Of a DNA stretch of 64,000 nt, positions 1-8,778 are shown in pieces. The position numbers and the translations under genes were made by a program. A model generated the notes under the pieces. That model saw only the letters and a list, made by a program, of their open reading frames with translations, did not search any database and was not told the origin of the DNA. The stretch is taken from NCBI GenBank assembly GCA_963850305.1, contig CAWKKR010000001.1:544001-608000 (forward strand), given 5' to 3'. Positions within the stretch are counted from its first letter, which is position 1. The number at the start of each line of letters is the position of its first letter. This DNA comes from an uncultured delta proteobacterium (lineage in GTDB: Bacteria > Myxococcota_A > Polyangia > Polyangiales > Polyangiaceae).

Positions 1-1170
1 GGCGTTCTCGTCGTCAGCCGGGAGCCGTCGCTGGCGACCGTGACCGTGTGCGCTTCGCCCTTCGCGCCGCTCTCCGAACCCGACGCCTTGGCCGTCGCCC
101 GTCGCGGCGGAGTGGTCGTCCACGACGGAAATGCCGGGTGCATCACGACGCCCGCCAGCGACCTTTCGCTTTCGGCACGGCTCATCCGACACTTCCACGG
201 CGCAGCGACAAAAGAAGAGGCGGCCCCTGCGGTGTCCTCACCCCGCGGGGAGAGCCTCACGGCACTCGCTCGCGTGGCGCTCGAAGGCGTGGACGCCTCC
301 GGAACCGCGGCGCCGGCTCGGGTCGTCGCGGTCGTCGGACCCGCGCCGGAGCTCGACGTCGCGAGGCTCTTCGTCGATGGACCCCCGGTCACGCTCGACG
401 AGATCCGTCAACCCGTGTGGACCGTTCATCAGAGCTCGGAGCGCCTGTCGGTCGTGGAAGCGCCGCTCGCGAGGCCAGCGGTGCGCTACGGCTGGGTCGT
501 GCCCGCGGGCACGGTGCCCGAAGAAGCCGCGCTGAAGATCGCGGTGGGAATCTTGGGGGTCGGGCGGCTCTCACGCATGGCTCGCGTCGTGGAGGACCGC
601 GGGCTCGCGCGGCGCGCCGAAGCCTGGAACGAGAAGCTCCGGGGCGGTCTGCTCGTCGGCGTGTGGCTAGAACTATCGACGCGTGTGTCAGCCGATCGGG
701 TGCGGCGCTTCGTGGACGGGACGATCGGGCAGCTTCGGCTCGTCGGACCTTCGCGCCGCGAGGTGGCGCGCGCGCGCGCAACGGCCGTCCGCACGGCACT
801 CGAACGCTGGGAAAATCCGGAAGCACGAGCGCGCGAGCTCGTCTCGTCCGAAGCGACGGAAGGGTCCGCAACCCGTGTCGCGGAGGAGATACCGGCACTC
901 GCGAGCGTCGCACCCGACGCGGTTCGCGCCGTGGCACGCCTGGCGTTTCGAGACGAGCGACGTACGACGCTCGAGATGTATCCACCGCTCTGGCCCACCG
1001 ACGACCCGGCCGTCGCGCACCATACGCTCTACACCATCGGGCAAGGCGACACCCTAACGGGCGTCGCCGAGCGCTTTCACGTGACGGTCGAGAGCCTCGC
1101 TCGCTCGAACGATCTCGATCCGAAGGGCGGACTCATGGCAGGGCAGCCGCTCTGGATCCCGTCGGAATGA
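1..1170 (+). CDS. Peptidase M16 (insulinase)-like domain protein with C-terminal LysM domain; 5' end outside window
   Basis: Frame is open from base 1. M16 C-terminal-like pattern (ILGVGRLSRM..VVEDRGLA..., EVARAR, IPALASVAPDAVRAVARLAF). Clear LysM at C-terminus (YTIGQGDTLTGVAERFHVTVESLARSNDL...LMAGQPLWIP). No HxxEH in the visible part. Confidence 0.7.
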   Translation, partial: GVLVVSREPSLATVTVCASPFAPLSEPDALAVARRGGVVVHDGNAGCITTPASDLSLSARLIRHFHGAATKEEAAPAVSSPRGESLTALARVALEGVDASGTAAPARVVAVVGPAPELDVARLFVDGPPVTLDEIRQPVWTVHQSSERLSVVEAPLARPAVRYGWVVPAGTVPEEAALKIAVGILGVGRLSRMARVVEDRGLARRAEAWNEKLRGGLLVGVWLELSTRVSADRVRRFVDGTIGQLRLVGPSRREVARARATAVRTALERWENPEARARELVSSEATEGSATRVAEEIPALASVAPDAVRAVARLAFRDERRTTLEMYPPLWPTDDPAVAHHTLYTIGQGDTLTGVAERFHVTVESLARSNDLDPKGGLMAGQPLWIPSE

Positions 1171-1937
1171 TCGGATGCGAGTGCACCGAGCGCGCCGTCC
1201 TTGCGGAACCCCCTCCGGAGTCCTTCCGGGTGAAGCTCGGCCGTGAGCGCGACGCCGAGTCGCCGCCGCGCCTCGTCAATCGGGAGCGCGAGCATATCCT
1301 CGACCGGCTCGCTCACGAGGCGTGCGGCGTGGCGCCCGCGAAGATACGCGCGGTAGCAATAGCGCGGCCATGAGAAGCTCGGATCCAGTTGCCCGTCGAT
1401 CGTCCCGAAGAACGCGATGAAGGCCATCCCCGGGTTTCCGAACTGGCCGACCGAGAACCAGAGGTTCGCGATTTCGCCCGTGTCGTCGCGACCGTAGTCG
1501 GTGAGCACGTGCCAGAGATCGTGCATGTCGCGAATGCGATCCGCGACGTACTGGCGGTTCTCGTCGAACTCGAGCGCTTCGTTGGGATCGACGCCGGTCG
1601 TCTGGGCTTCGACGAGACCATCCGCCGTCAGCTCCCCTTCCTCCATGAAGCGGAGGTACTCATGCCCCAGGGACCCATCGGGCAACGCCCTCAGAGCGTT
1701 GCGATCCGACAGGCGCGCCATGAGACTCGGCTTGTCCCGGAGCAGTCGTTTGCCGTTGTCCGTTCGCTTGAAGGCCTGGTAGGTGCGCTCGAAGCTATCA
1801 CCCGTCAGCGCGGAGATGATCGTGAAGACCTGATCCGTCCGCGACGTGTCGTTCGCGAGCGTCCAGAGCGCCTTGATGGCGGCCCCCACGTGAATGGGCT
1901 TGTGCGGTCGGCTGTCGCTGTCCGTTGCACCAATCAT
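1077..1937 (-). CDS. Coq4-family protein (ubiquinone biosynthesis COQ4-like metalloprotein)
   Basis: LRALPDGSLGHEYLRFM and RDMHDLWHVLTDYGRDDTGE match the Coq4 HDxxH-x11-E motif. Start taken as ATG 1937; the longer ORF runs into non-coding repeat DNA. Confidence 0.85.
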   Translation of the reverse strand: MIGATDSDSRPHKPIHVGAAIKALWTLANDTSRTDQVFTIISALTGDSFERTYQAFKRTDNGKRLLRDKPSLMARLSDRNALRALPDGSLGHEYLRFMEEGELTADGLVEAQTTGVDPNEALEFDENRQYVADRIRDMHDLWHVLTDYGRDDTGEIANLWFSVGQFGNPGMAFIAFFGTIDGQLDPSFSWPRYCYRAYLRGRHAARLVSEPVEDMLALPIDEARRRLGVALTAELHPEGLRRGFRKDGALGALASDHSDGIQSGCPAMSPPFGSRSFERARLSTVT

Positions 1938-1944
1938 GGGCACA

Positions 1945-1973
1945 TTGATAACTGTGCCACCTATCACTGTCAA
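1945..1973 (-). promoter_or_regulatory. Sigma70-type promoter for the Coq4-like gene with overlapping palindromic operator
   Basis: Minus strand TTGACA (1973-1968), 17 bp spacer, TATCAA (1950-1945). TGATA-N11-TATCA inverted repeat at 1946-1966 in a locally AT-rich patch. Confidence 0.6.
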
Positions 1974-2047
1974 GCTCGAAATAACAAGCACCCGCGACCG
2001 CCCTCCCCGAGGGCGAAGGGAGGGCAGTCGCCAGGGTCGGAATCTCA

Positions 2048-2319
2048 GGAGCTCCGCATCGACGAGCAGAGTCGTCCCCGAGGGATCAAAGAGGGGCGGA
2101 ACTACGCGAACGCAGCGAGCACGCCGAAGGCGGCGGGGGGCGGGCGCGGAGCGAGCCGCGGGGGCAAGGCTGATAAGGCCCCCTTTCCTAGTAGTTCCGC
2201 ATCGACGAGCACGTCGCCCCGAGGAATGAAAGCGGTGCGGAACTACCGAGCGCAGCGAGTACCGGGGGGAGGGGTTGCGAAGCAAGCCCCGGGGGGCGGG
2301 CAACGCCCCCCTTTCCTAG
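2048..2319. repeat. Two tandem copies (2048-2191, 2191-2319) of a dispersed structured REP/MITE-like element
   Basis: GTAGTTCCGCA (2191-2201)...TGCGGAACTAC (2236-2246) perfect inverted repeat in copy 2, degenerate in copy 1. Both end in a GGGGGC..GCCCCC hairpin followed by TTTCCTAG. A third copy lies at 63528-63746. Confidence 0.85.
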
Positions 2320-2336
2320 GAGACCGCAGAAGCCGG

Positions 2337-3629
2337 TCAGCCGCCGCTACGGCGCTGGAACGTCGGGATATCCCAGTCGTGGTCCATGTTCGACTGAGCG
2401 GACCCCGACGGGAAGGTGATGCGATCGCGTACGTGCGGCAGTTGCGACTGCCCGGGGGGCAGGGTCGAATGGGCGTGATGCGCGGACAGAGGCGCCGGGC
2501 GGCGCATCGAAAAGGCGGGTTCGGGGTGAGCGGAGCCGCCTGACGACGTTTCGCCACTCCCGTTCCCCGAACGATAGGAAGCGCGGGTGACCGGCGAGGG
2601 AGCCTCGCGCTCCATCGGCTGGCGGCTCACCTGCTTCATGAGGTGCGCATGCTCCTCTTTGTGCCGGTCGAAGCCGGTCGCGATGACGGTCACCTTGAGC
2701 ATGTCGGCCATGTTCTCGTCGACCGTGGCACCGAAAATGATGTTCGCGTCCTCGTGTGCCTGCTCCTGGACCAGCGTCGCCGCTTCCTGGATCTCGCGCA
2801 TCTTCATGTCGGGGCCACCGACGATGTTGATGAGCACGCCGGTCGCGCCGTCGACGGAGATGTCGTCGAGCAGCGGCGACGTGATCGCTTCCTGAGCCGC
2901 GAGGCGCGCCCGTCCGTCGCCTTTGGCGCAACCGGTGCCCATGAGCGCGCGCCCCATGCCGCTCATGACCGCGCGAACGTCGGCAAAGTCGACGTTCACG
3001 ATGCCCTCTTGCGTGATGAGGTCGCTGATGCCCTTGATGGCCTGAAAGAGCACCTCGTCCGCCTTGCGGAACGCGTCGATGAAGGTGGTGTCCTCGTCGG
3101 CAATCGTGATGAGCTTCTCGTTCGGAATCGTGATGAGCGTGTCCACGTGCTCGGCCAGCGCATGGAGGCCGATCTCGGCGTGGCGCGCGCGCTTGCGCCC
3201 TTCGAAGATGAATGGCTTCGTGACCACCCCGACGGTCAGGGCGCCCTCCTCCCGCGCGAGCTGGGCGATGATCGGCGCGGAGCCCGTGCCCGTGCCGCCG
3301 CCCATGCCGGCGGTGACGAACACCATGTCCGCGCCGGAGATCGCCTCCTTGAGACGGGTCACGTCCTCGAGCGCGGCCTTGCGTCCTCGCTCGGGGTCGG
3401 CGCCCGCGCCGAGCCCCTTCGTGACGCCGCCACCGATGGGGATCTTCACAGGCGAAAGATTCGCGTTGAGGGCCTGGGCGTCGGTGTTCACCGCGATGAA
3501 CTCCACGCCATCCAGCCCGAAGTGAATCATCGTGTTGACGGCGTTCCCACCGGAACCCCCGCACCCGACGACCTTGATCCGCGCCTGATAGCTTTGCATC
3601 TCGTCAGCAAATTCGATCGAGAAACTCAT
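2337..3629 (-). CDS. ftsZ: Cell division protein FtsZ
   Basis: [24 protein letters not shown] tubulin signature, NVDFADV, C-terminal DIPTFQRR peptide; GGAGG RBS. Confidence 0.99.
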   Translation of the reverse strand: MSFSIEFADEMQSYQARIKVVGCGGSGGNAVNTMIHFGLDGVEFIAVNTDAQALNANLSPVKIPIGGGVTKGLGAGADPERGRKAALEDVTRLKEAISGADMVFVTAGMGGGTGTGSAPIIAQLAREEGALTVGVVTKPFIFEGRKRARHAEIGLHALAEHVDTLITIPNEKLITIADEDTTFIDAFRKADEVLFQAIKGISDLITQEGIVNVDFADVRAVMSGMGRALMGTGCAKGDGRARLAAQEAITSPLLDDISVDGATGVLINIVGGPDMKMREIQEAATLVQEQAHEDANIIFGATVDENMADMLKVTVIATGFDRHKEEHAHLMKQVSRQPMEREAPSPVTRASYRSGNGSGETSSGGSAHPEPAFSMRRPAPLSAHHAHSTLPPGQSQLPHVRDRITFPSGSAQSNMDHDWDIPTFQRRSGG

Positions 3630-3751
3630 GTTCGTCCTCCCGGCGTTCCGTACGGCGTTCCAAGTAAGGCCCCAGGGCTGCCACGCCCCGTTTTTTGGGC
3701 AGAAACCGTCTCGTTACGTCGACAACTCTCGCCTTCAGATCTCCGACACTT

Positions 3752-5017
3752 TCAGAACGCGGCTTTGAACCACGTCCAAAATCCACTGTTGCGCTGTGAC
3801 GGCGCTGCGGGCACGCTCCGCGACTCGGGGCGGGCTCGCTCCGCGACAGCGGCGCGAGCCCGCGCTTCCGCCATCTTGTGAGCGCCGTAACGCACGAGCC
3901 CCACGCCCGTCGCGTATTGCGGGCCCTGCACGAGCTGCACTATGCCCTTCACGCCGACGGGGAAGCCGAGCCGCACGGGCATTCCGAGTACCTCTTCCGC
4001 GCACTCGACCATCCCCTCCATGAGGACGGCGCCGCCCGTCAACACGACGCCGGCGCTGATCTGTTCGATGAGCCCGGCCTCTTCGATCCGCCGTCGCGCC
4101 TCGCTGAAGATCTCCTCGACGCGGGGTTCGATGATGTCGCTCACGACACGCCGCGCGACCTTGCGGGGGGAATGCCCTCCCACGCCCGGCACCTCGATCT
4201 CCTCGTCGTCGGCGATCATCCGCCCGAGAGCGCACCCGAAGTTTCGCTTCAACCGCTCGGCTTCGCCACCCGGGGTGCGGAGACCCGCGGAGACGTCGCG
4301 CGTGATGTTGTTACCGCCCGCGGGGATCACGCTCGTGTGCGCGATTCCGCCGTCGGCATAGACGAGCACGTCTGTCGTGCCGCCGCCCATGTCGATCACC
4401 GCGACGCCGATCTCCTTCTCGTCGTCGGAGAGCACCGCGTCTGCGCTCGCGAGCGGTTCGAGCACGACGTCGGCGACCTCGAGCCCGCACCGCTCGACGC
4501 ACCGCACCACGTTCTGAACGCACGAACTCGCGGCGGTCACGAGGTTCACGCGTACCTGTAGACGGACCCCGCTCATCCCGATGGGGTCGCGGACGCCGTC
4601 CTGATTGTCGACCAGATACTCGCGCGGCAGCGCGTGGAGGATCATCCGGTCGGCATCCACCGGAATGGCCCGGGCACCCTCGAGCACGCGCTCGAGGTCC
4701 GCGACGGTCACCTCGCGGCCGGAAATGGCGGCGACCCCGTCGGAAACGTGGCTTCGAATATGACCGCCCGCGACGCCCGCGTAGACCGTCTGGATCTCGA
4801 CCCCAGCCATCGTCTGCGCAGCGTCGACCGCTTCCCGGATCGAGCGCACCGTCCATTCGATGTTCGAGACGACGCCCTTCCGCAACCCGCGGCAAGGCAC
4901 GTTCCCGACGCCGAGAATGGTGATCCCCTCCGCATCGATTTCGCCGACGACGGCCGACACCTTGGTGCTGCCGAGGTCCAGGCCGACGATGATTTCAGGC
5001 GAGCTCGCAATGGTCAT
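3752..5017 (-). CDS. ftsA: Cell division protein FtsA
   Basis: VGLDLGSTKV, IDMGGGTTD, VLTGG, YATGVGL, C-terminal amphipathic FWTWFKAAF. Start set at ATG 5017. Confidence 0.98.
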   Translation of the reverse strand: MTIASSPEIIVGLDLGSTKVSAVVGEIDAEGITILGVGNVPCRGLRKGVVSNIEWTVRSIREAVDAAQTMAGVEIQTVYAGVAGGHIRSHVSDGVAAISGREVTVADLERVLEGARAIPVDADRMILHALPREYLVDNQDGVRDPIGMSGVRLQVRVNLVTAASSCVQNVVRCVERCGLEVADVVLEPLASADAVLSDDEKEIGVAVIDMGGGTTDVLVYADGGIAHTSVIPAGGNNITRDVSAGLRTPGGEAERLKRNFGCALGRMIADDEEIEVPGVGGHSPRKVARRVVSDIIEPRVEEIFSEARRRIEEAGLIEQISAGVVLTGGAVLMEGMVECAEEVLGMPVRLGFPVGVKGIVQLVQGPQYATGVGLVRYGAHKMAEARARAAVAERARPESRSVPAAPSQRNSGFWTWFKAAF

Positions 5018-5150
5018 GGGCGTGAGGAGCGGAGTCGGGAATCGCTTGGAATTTCCCGTTGAGGTTCGGGCAGGACGCTGCCACGCAGGCTCTTCGGGGG
5101 CCAAGTTTTGGCGCCACCGATGCTCGTCATTTCCGCGACATCCGCGTCGC

Positions 5151-6062
5151 TCATCGCATCCTCGCGACGACGCGTTCGGGATGCGCCTCGTTGTCCAGGA
5201 ACAAGATTCCGGGAAGCCGTCCTCCGGGCTGGAGCTTGGCTATGATCCGGGCTGCCATGAGGAGCTTCTGTCGCCAGGGACCGGTGCCCAGATGCAGGGC
5301 CATTCCCCGCTTCCCGACCGTCAGCACCGCGCTGCCATCGGGGACGAGGTGCACCTCCTCGGCCTCATAGACGTTCGATAGCGGCATCTCCGCGTACTCA
5401 CGGAGAATCTCGAGACCTACGCCGATGCGATCGATCGCGCGAGCGCGATCGATCCCGAAGTCGCGCGTCGTCACGCCCGTCACGACCGGAAGATCGATGG
5501 GATCGCCTCGCTCGACGGCCTTGAACGGCTCGCCCTCGGGCGTGACCAGGTAGAGACCGTCGTCCAGCGTCGTCGTCGCCACGGCTTCGCGTTCTACGAC
5601 CTCGATGCGGAGCGTGCCGGGAAGCTCGCGCCCGACCCGGACCTGTTTCAGCCACGGATTGCCCAGAAGGCGCGCTTCGGCCGCGGACGTGTCGATGGCA
5701 AACAGATTCTGCCCTCGTGCGACCCCGGCGAGCCGCGCGACCTGGTCACCGCTGTAGTGACGGTTGCCCTTCACATCGAACTGCCGGATCGCAAAGCGGG
5801 GAGTCGTGAGCGCGTAGCGGTGCGCGCCCCAGGCGATCGCGACGGAGACCGATGCGACCACGGCGAGTCCCGCCGATAGCTTGAGCCCGGCCCAGAGCAA
5901 GGCGAACGCCCCGCCGGGCGCATTCCCCGCGCGTTCGGCGACGCGCTCCGCGACGGGGCCCGGCGCGGGGCTGTCGCTCGTGACGAAACCGAACTCGCTC
6001 GGCGCGTCGAATCCCGCGCCGTGCGCGACACGAGCGCCCCTGGACCGCGGACGTCGCTTCAC
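5151..6062 (-). CDS. ftsQ: Cell division protein FtsQ/DivIB
   Basis: TM segment then POTRA (FAIRQFDVKGN...GQNLFAID...PWLKQVRVGRELPGTLRIEVVERE). GTGA overlap with murC stop and GGAGG RBS; lies before ftsA. Confidence 0.93.
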   Translation of the reverse strand: MKRRPRSRGARVAHGAGFDAPSEFGFVTSDSPAPGPVAERVAERAGNAPGGAFALLWAGLKLSAGLAVVASVSVAIAWGAHRYALTTPRFAIRQFDVKGNRHYSGDQVARLAGVARGQNLFAIDTSAAEARLLGNPWLKQVRVGRELPGTLRIEVVEREAVATTTLDDGLYLVTPEGEPFKAVERGDPIDLPVVTGVTTRDFGIDRARAIDRIGVGLEILREYAEMPLSNVYEAEEVHLVPDGSAVLTVGKRGMALHLGTGPWRQKLLMAARIIAKLQPGGRLPGILFLDNEAHPERVVARMR

Positions 6063-7459
6063 GGCCGACCTCCGGTCGCTGTCGGACCGGCGGCGAGGAT
6101 CTTCTCCACGTCCCGGAGCACCTTGTTCACGTCCCCGGCACCGAGCGCGATCACGCAGTCGCCGGGGCGAGCCTCGTCGGCAACGAGCCGTGCGAGAGAG
6201 GACCGGTCCGCAACGTACGATGCGGCATGGTGGCCGTGTTTCGAAACTGCGTGCGCGAGCTCCTCGCTCGACACGCCCGGAATGGGCGCCTCCCCGGCTG
6301 CGTAGATGTCCAGGAGAAACAGCCGATCCGCCTGGTTGAACGCGCGGGTGAACTCTTCGAATAGATGGTGCGTTCGCGTGTAACGATGCGGCTGGAACGC
6401 GACGATCACGCGCCCGTCGAACGCCTTCCGCGCCGCCGCGAGGGTCGCTACCACTTCCGCTGGATGGTGTCCGTAGTCGTCCACGAGCGCGACTCCCCCC
6501 ACCTCCGCGACGATCGTGAACCTTCGCGCGACGCCACGGAACGTCGAAAGCGCGTCCTTGATGACATCCAGCGGCACCTCGAGCTCGTCCGCGATCGCGA
6601 TTGCCGCGAGGCAGTTCAGCACGTTGTGCTGCCCAGGCATCTGCACGGTGAACTCCCCGAACGCGCGACCCTCCTTGTACCCGACGAAACTCGTGCGGAG
6701 CTTGTGAAAACCGACGGCGCGCGCGGAGTAATTGGCCTGTGGTGAGAGGCCGTACGTCACGTGCCTTCGCCCCACACGCGGCAACATTTCCTGGACCGAG
6801 GGATGATCGAGGCACAGCACCGCAAGGCCGTAGAACGGCACCTTCTGCACGAATTGCACGAACGCTTCCTTCACCTTCTCGTGCGTTCCGTAAAAATCCA
6901 GATGCTCGGGATCGATGTTCGTGACCGCCGCGATCGTCGGCGTCAGCCGCAGGAACGAGCCGTCGCTCTCGTCCGCCTCCGCGACCAGCATGTCGCCTGC
7001 GCCGAGCTTCGCGTTCGTTCCCCAGACGTGCATCCGCCCGCCGACGACGACCGTCGGATCGAACCCCGCCGCGCCGAGGATGGTCGCGACCAGCGATGTG
7101 GTCGTCGTCTTGCCGTGCGACCCGGCGATTGCGACGCCGTATTTCACGCGCATCAATTCGGCGAGCATCTCCGCCCGCGGGATCACCGGGGTGCCGAGAG
7201 CACGCGCTTCCACGATCTCCGGGTTCTCGGCGTGGATCGCACTCGAATAGACGACCACGTCCGCGGACCGCACGTTCTCCGCCCGGTGCCCGACGTCGAT
7301 GCGCACGCCGAGCCGCGCGAGCCGCGCCGTGGTCTCGCCCTCCTTCATGTCCGAGCCCGAGACGTCGAACTCCAGCGTGCGCAGGATCTCGGCGAGCCCG
7401 CTCATGCCGATGCCACCGACGCCGATGAAGTGCACGTGACGTACGCGACCGCGAAACAT
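6059..7459 (-). CDS. murC: UDP-N-acetylmuramate--L-alanine ligase
   Basis: VHFIGVGGIGMSGLA, AGSHGKTTTT, EADESDGSF, DDYGHHPAE, FQPHRYTRT; TGATG coupling to murG. Confidence 0.99.
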   Translation of the reverse strand: MFRGRVRHVHFIGVGGIGMSGLAEILRTLEFDVSGSDMKEGETTARLARLGVRIDVGHRAENVRSADVVVYSSAIHAENPEIVEARALGTPVIPRAEMLAELMRVKYGVAIAGSHGKTTTTSLVATILGAAGFDPTVVVGGRMHVWGTNAKLGAGDMLVAEADESDGSFLRLTPTIAAVTNIDPEHLDFYGTHEKVKEAFVQFVQKVPFYGLAVLCLDHPSVQEMLPRVGRRHVTYGLSPQANYSARAVGFHKLRTSFVGYKEGRAFGEFTVQMPGQHNVLNCLAAIAIADELEVPLDVIKDALSTFRGVARRFTIVAEVGGVALVDDYGHHPAEVVATLAAARKAFDGRVIVAFQPHRYTRTHHLFEEFTRAFNQADRLFLLDIYAAGEAPIPGVSSEELAHAVSKHGHHAASYVADRSSLARLVADEARPGDCVIALGAGDVNKVLRDVEKILAAGPTATGGRP

Positions 7460-8778
7460 CACTCGACTCCTTCGAACGACGCCGCGTTCCACTTCGGCTC
7501 CGCACCCCGCGCAGCCCCCGACCCGTCCGCGGCACTGCGTGCCGCGTCCGACCACCTCCAAATCGCGTGCCCGGCACGACGCATCCACGCGCTCAGGGGG
7601 TGGTCTCCAGGGGGTGCGCGACGGGCGAAAACCGCAGCAGCAATCTGACCGGAGGACGACTCGGCTCTCCCCGAGCCGGAACTCGGCGCGCCCGACGACG
7701 CACCGGGCTCGACGATCCCCGCCAGCCGCAGCAGATCGCGCGCGATGACCGTCGCGGCGTCGGGGCGACCGAGCGCGCGGGCTCGATCGGCCATGGCAGC
7801 CAGGACGGTACCGTCCCGGGCGAGGCGGGCGATCTCGGCGGAGAGGCGCGCGACCGTCGCTTCCTTCGCCAGAATGCACCGAGCCGCGCCCGCGCGTTCG
7901 AGCGACTCCGCGTTGTGGCGCTGATGATCGCCGGCGAAGGGGTAAGGGATGAACAGGCTCGCTCGACCGACCGCGCAGATCTCCGCAACGGCTCCGGCGC
8001 CGGAACGACCGATGACGAGATCGGCTTCGGCGAGCGCGGACGGCATGTCGTCGATGAACGGCACGACGTTCGCGTGGCCCTGCGCACCGAGCTCATCATA
8101 GAGAGCCCGCACCGTAGCGTCGCGACCATTGCCGCACTGGTGCAGAACGTCGAGTCGCACGCCCGACACGAACAATGCGCGCGGAACAGCCTGATTCAAG
8201 GATTCCGCACCCTGGCTACCGCCGAGCACGAGGACGCGGAGCTCCGGCCCGGGCCGGAGCTCGGACGGCGAGAACCCGTCACGAATCGGTACACCCGTCT
8301 CGAGAACGCTAGCGGACGCGAAGTGCTTCGCCGATTCCGGAAACGCCGTGTATGCGCGCTGAACGAACGGCGCGACGAGCCGGTTCGCCAGACCGATTGC
8401 GCTGTTGGGCTCCATCAATGCGAGAGGGATCCCGAGCGTCCTTGCGGCAACGGAGATCGGGCCCGCGGCGTATCCGCCGACAGAAAAAACCGCCCGGGGC
8501 GCGTGCCGAGCGAGCAGCTTCCGTGCTTCCGGGACCGCGCGGGCGGCCTGCAGGGCACCGGTCACGGCACCGCGGACGCCATTGCCGCGCATCGGGACCA
8601 CGTTCATCAACTCGAGAGCATAGCCGCGCTGTGGCACGACCTTCGTTTCGAGCCCGCGCGCCGTTCCGATGAAGACGAGCTCGAGCTCGGGGCGCTCCCG
8701 GCGAACGGCGTCTGCAACGGCGAGCAGCGGGAACACGTGACCCCCGGTGCCCCCACCCGCGAAGACCAGTGCAGTCAC
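7459..8778 (-). CDS. murG: Undecaprenyl-PP-MurNAc-pentapeptide GlcNAc transferase
   Basis: GGGTGGHVFP, GGYAAGP, GGSQGA, GRSGAGAVAE, HQRHNA; long C-terminal tail. Confidence 0.98.
   Translation of the reverse strand: MTALVFAGGGTGGHVFPLLAVADAVRRERPELELVFIGTARGLETKVVPQRGYALELMNVVPMRGNGVRGAVTGALQAARAVPEARKLLARHAPRAVFSVGGYAAGPISVAARTLGIPLALMEPNSAIGLANRLVAPFVQRAYTAFPESAKHFASASVLETGVPIRDGFSPSELRPGPELRVLVLGGSQGAESLNQAVPRALFVSGVRLDVLHQCGNGRDATVRALYDELGAQGHANVVPFIDDMPSALAEADLVIGRSGAGAVAEICAVGRASLFIPYPFAGDHQRHNAESLERAGAARCILAKEATVARLSAEIARLARDGTVLAAMADRARALGRPDAATVIARDLLRLAGIVEPGASSGAPSSGSGRAESSSGQIAAAVFARRAPPGDHPLSAWMRRAGHAIWRWSDAARSAADGSGAARGAEPKWNAASFEGVE

Noticed and set aside
5151..7577. 808-aa FtsQ ORF
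   Set aside because: The N-terminal ~500 aa overlap murC out of frame; the RBS and GTG at 6062 mark the real start.
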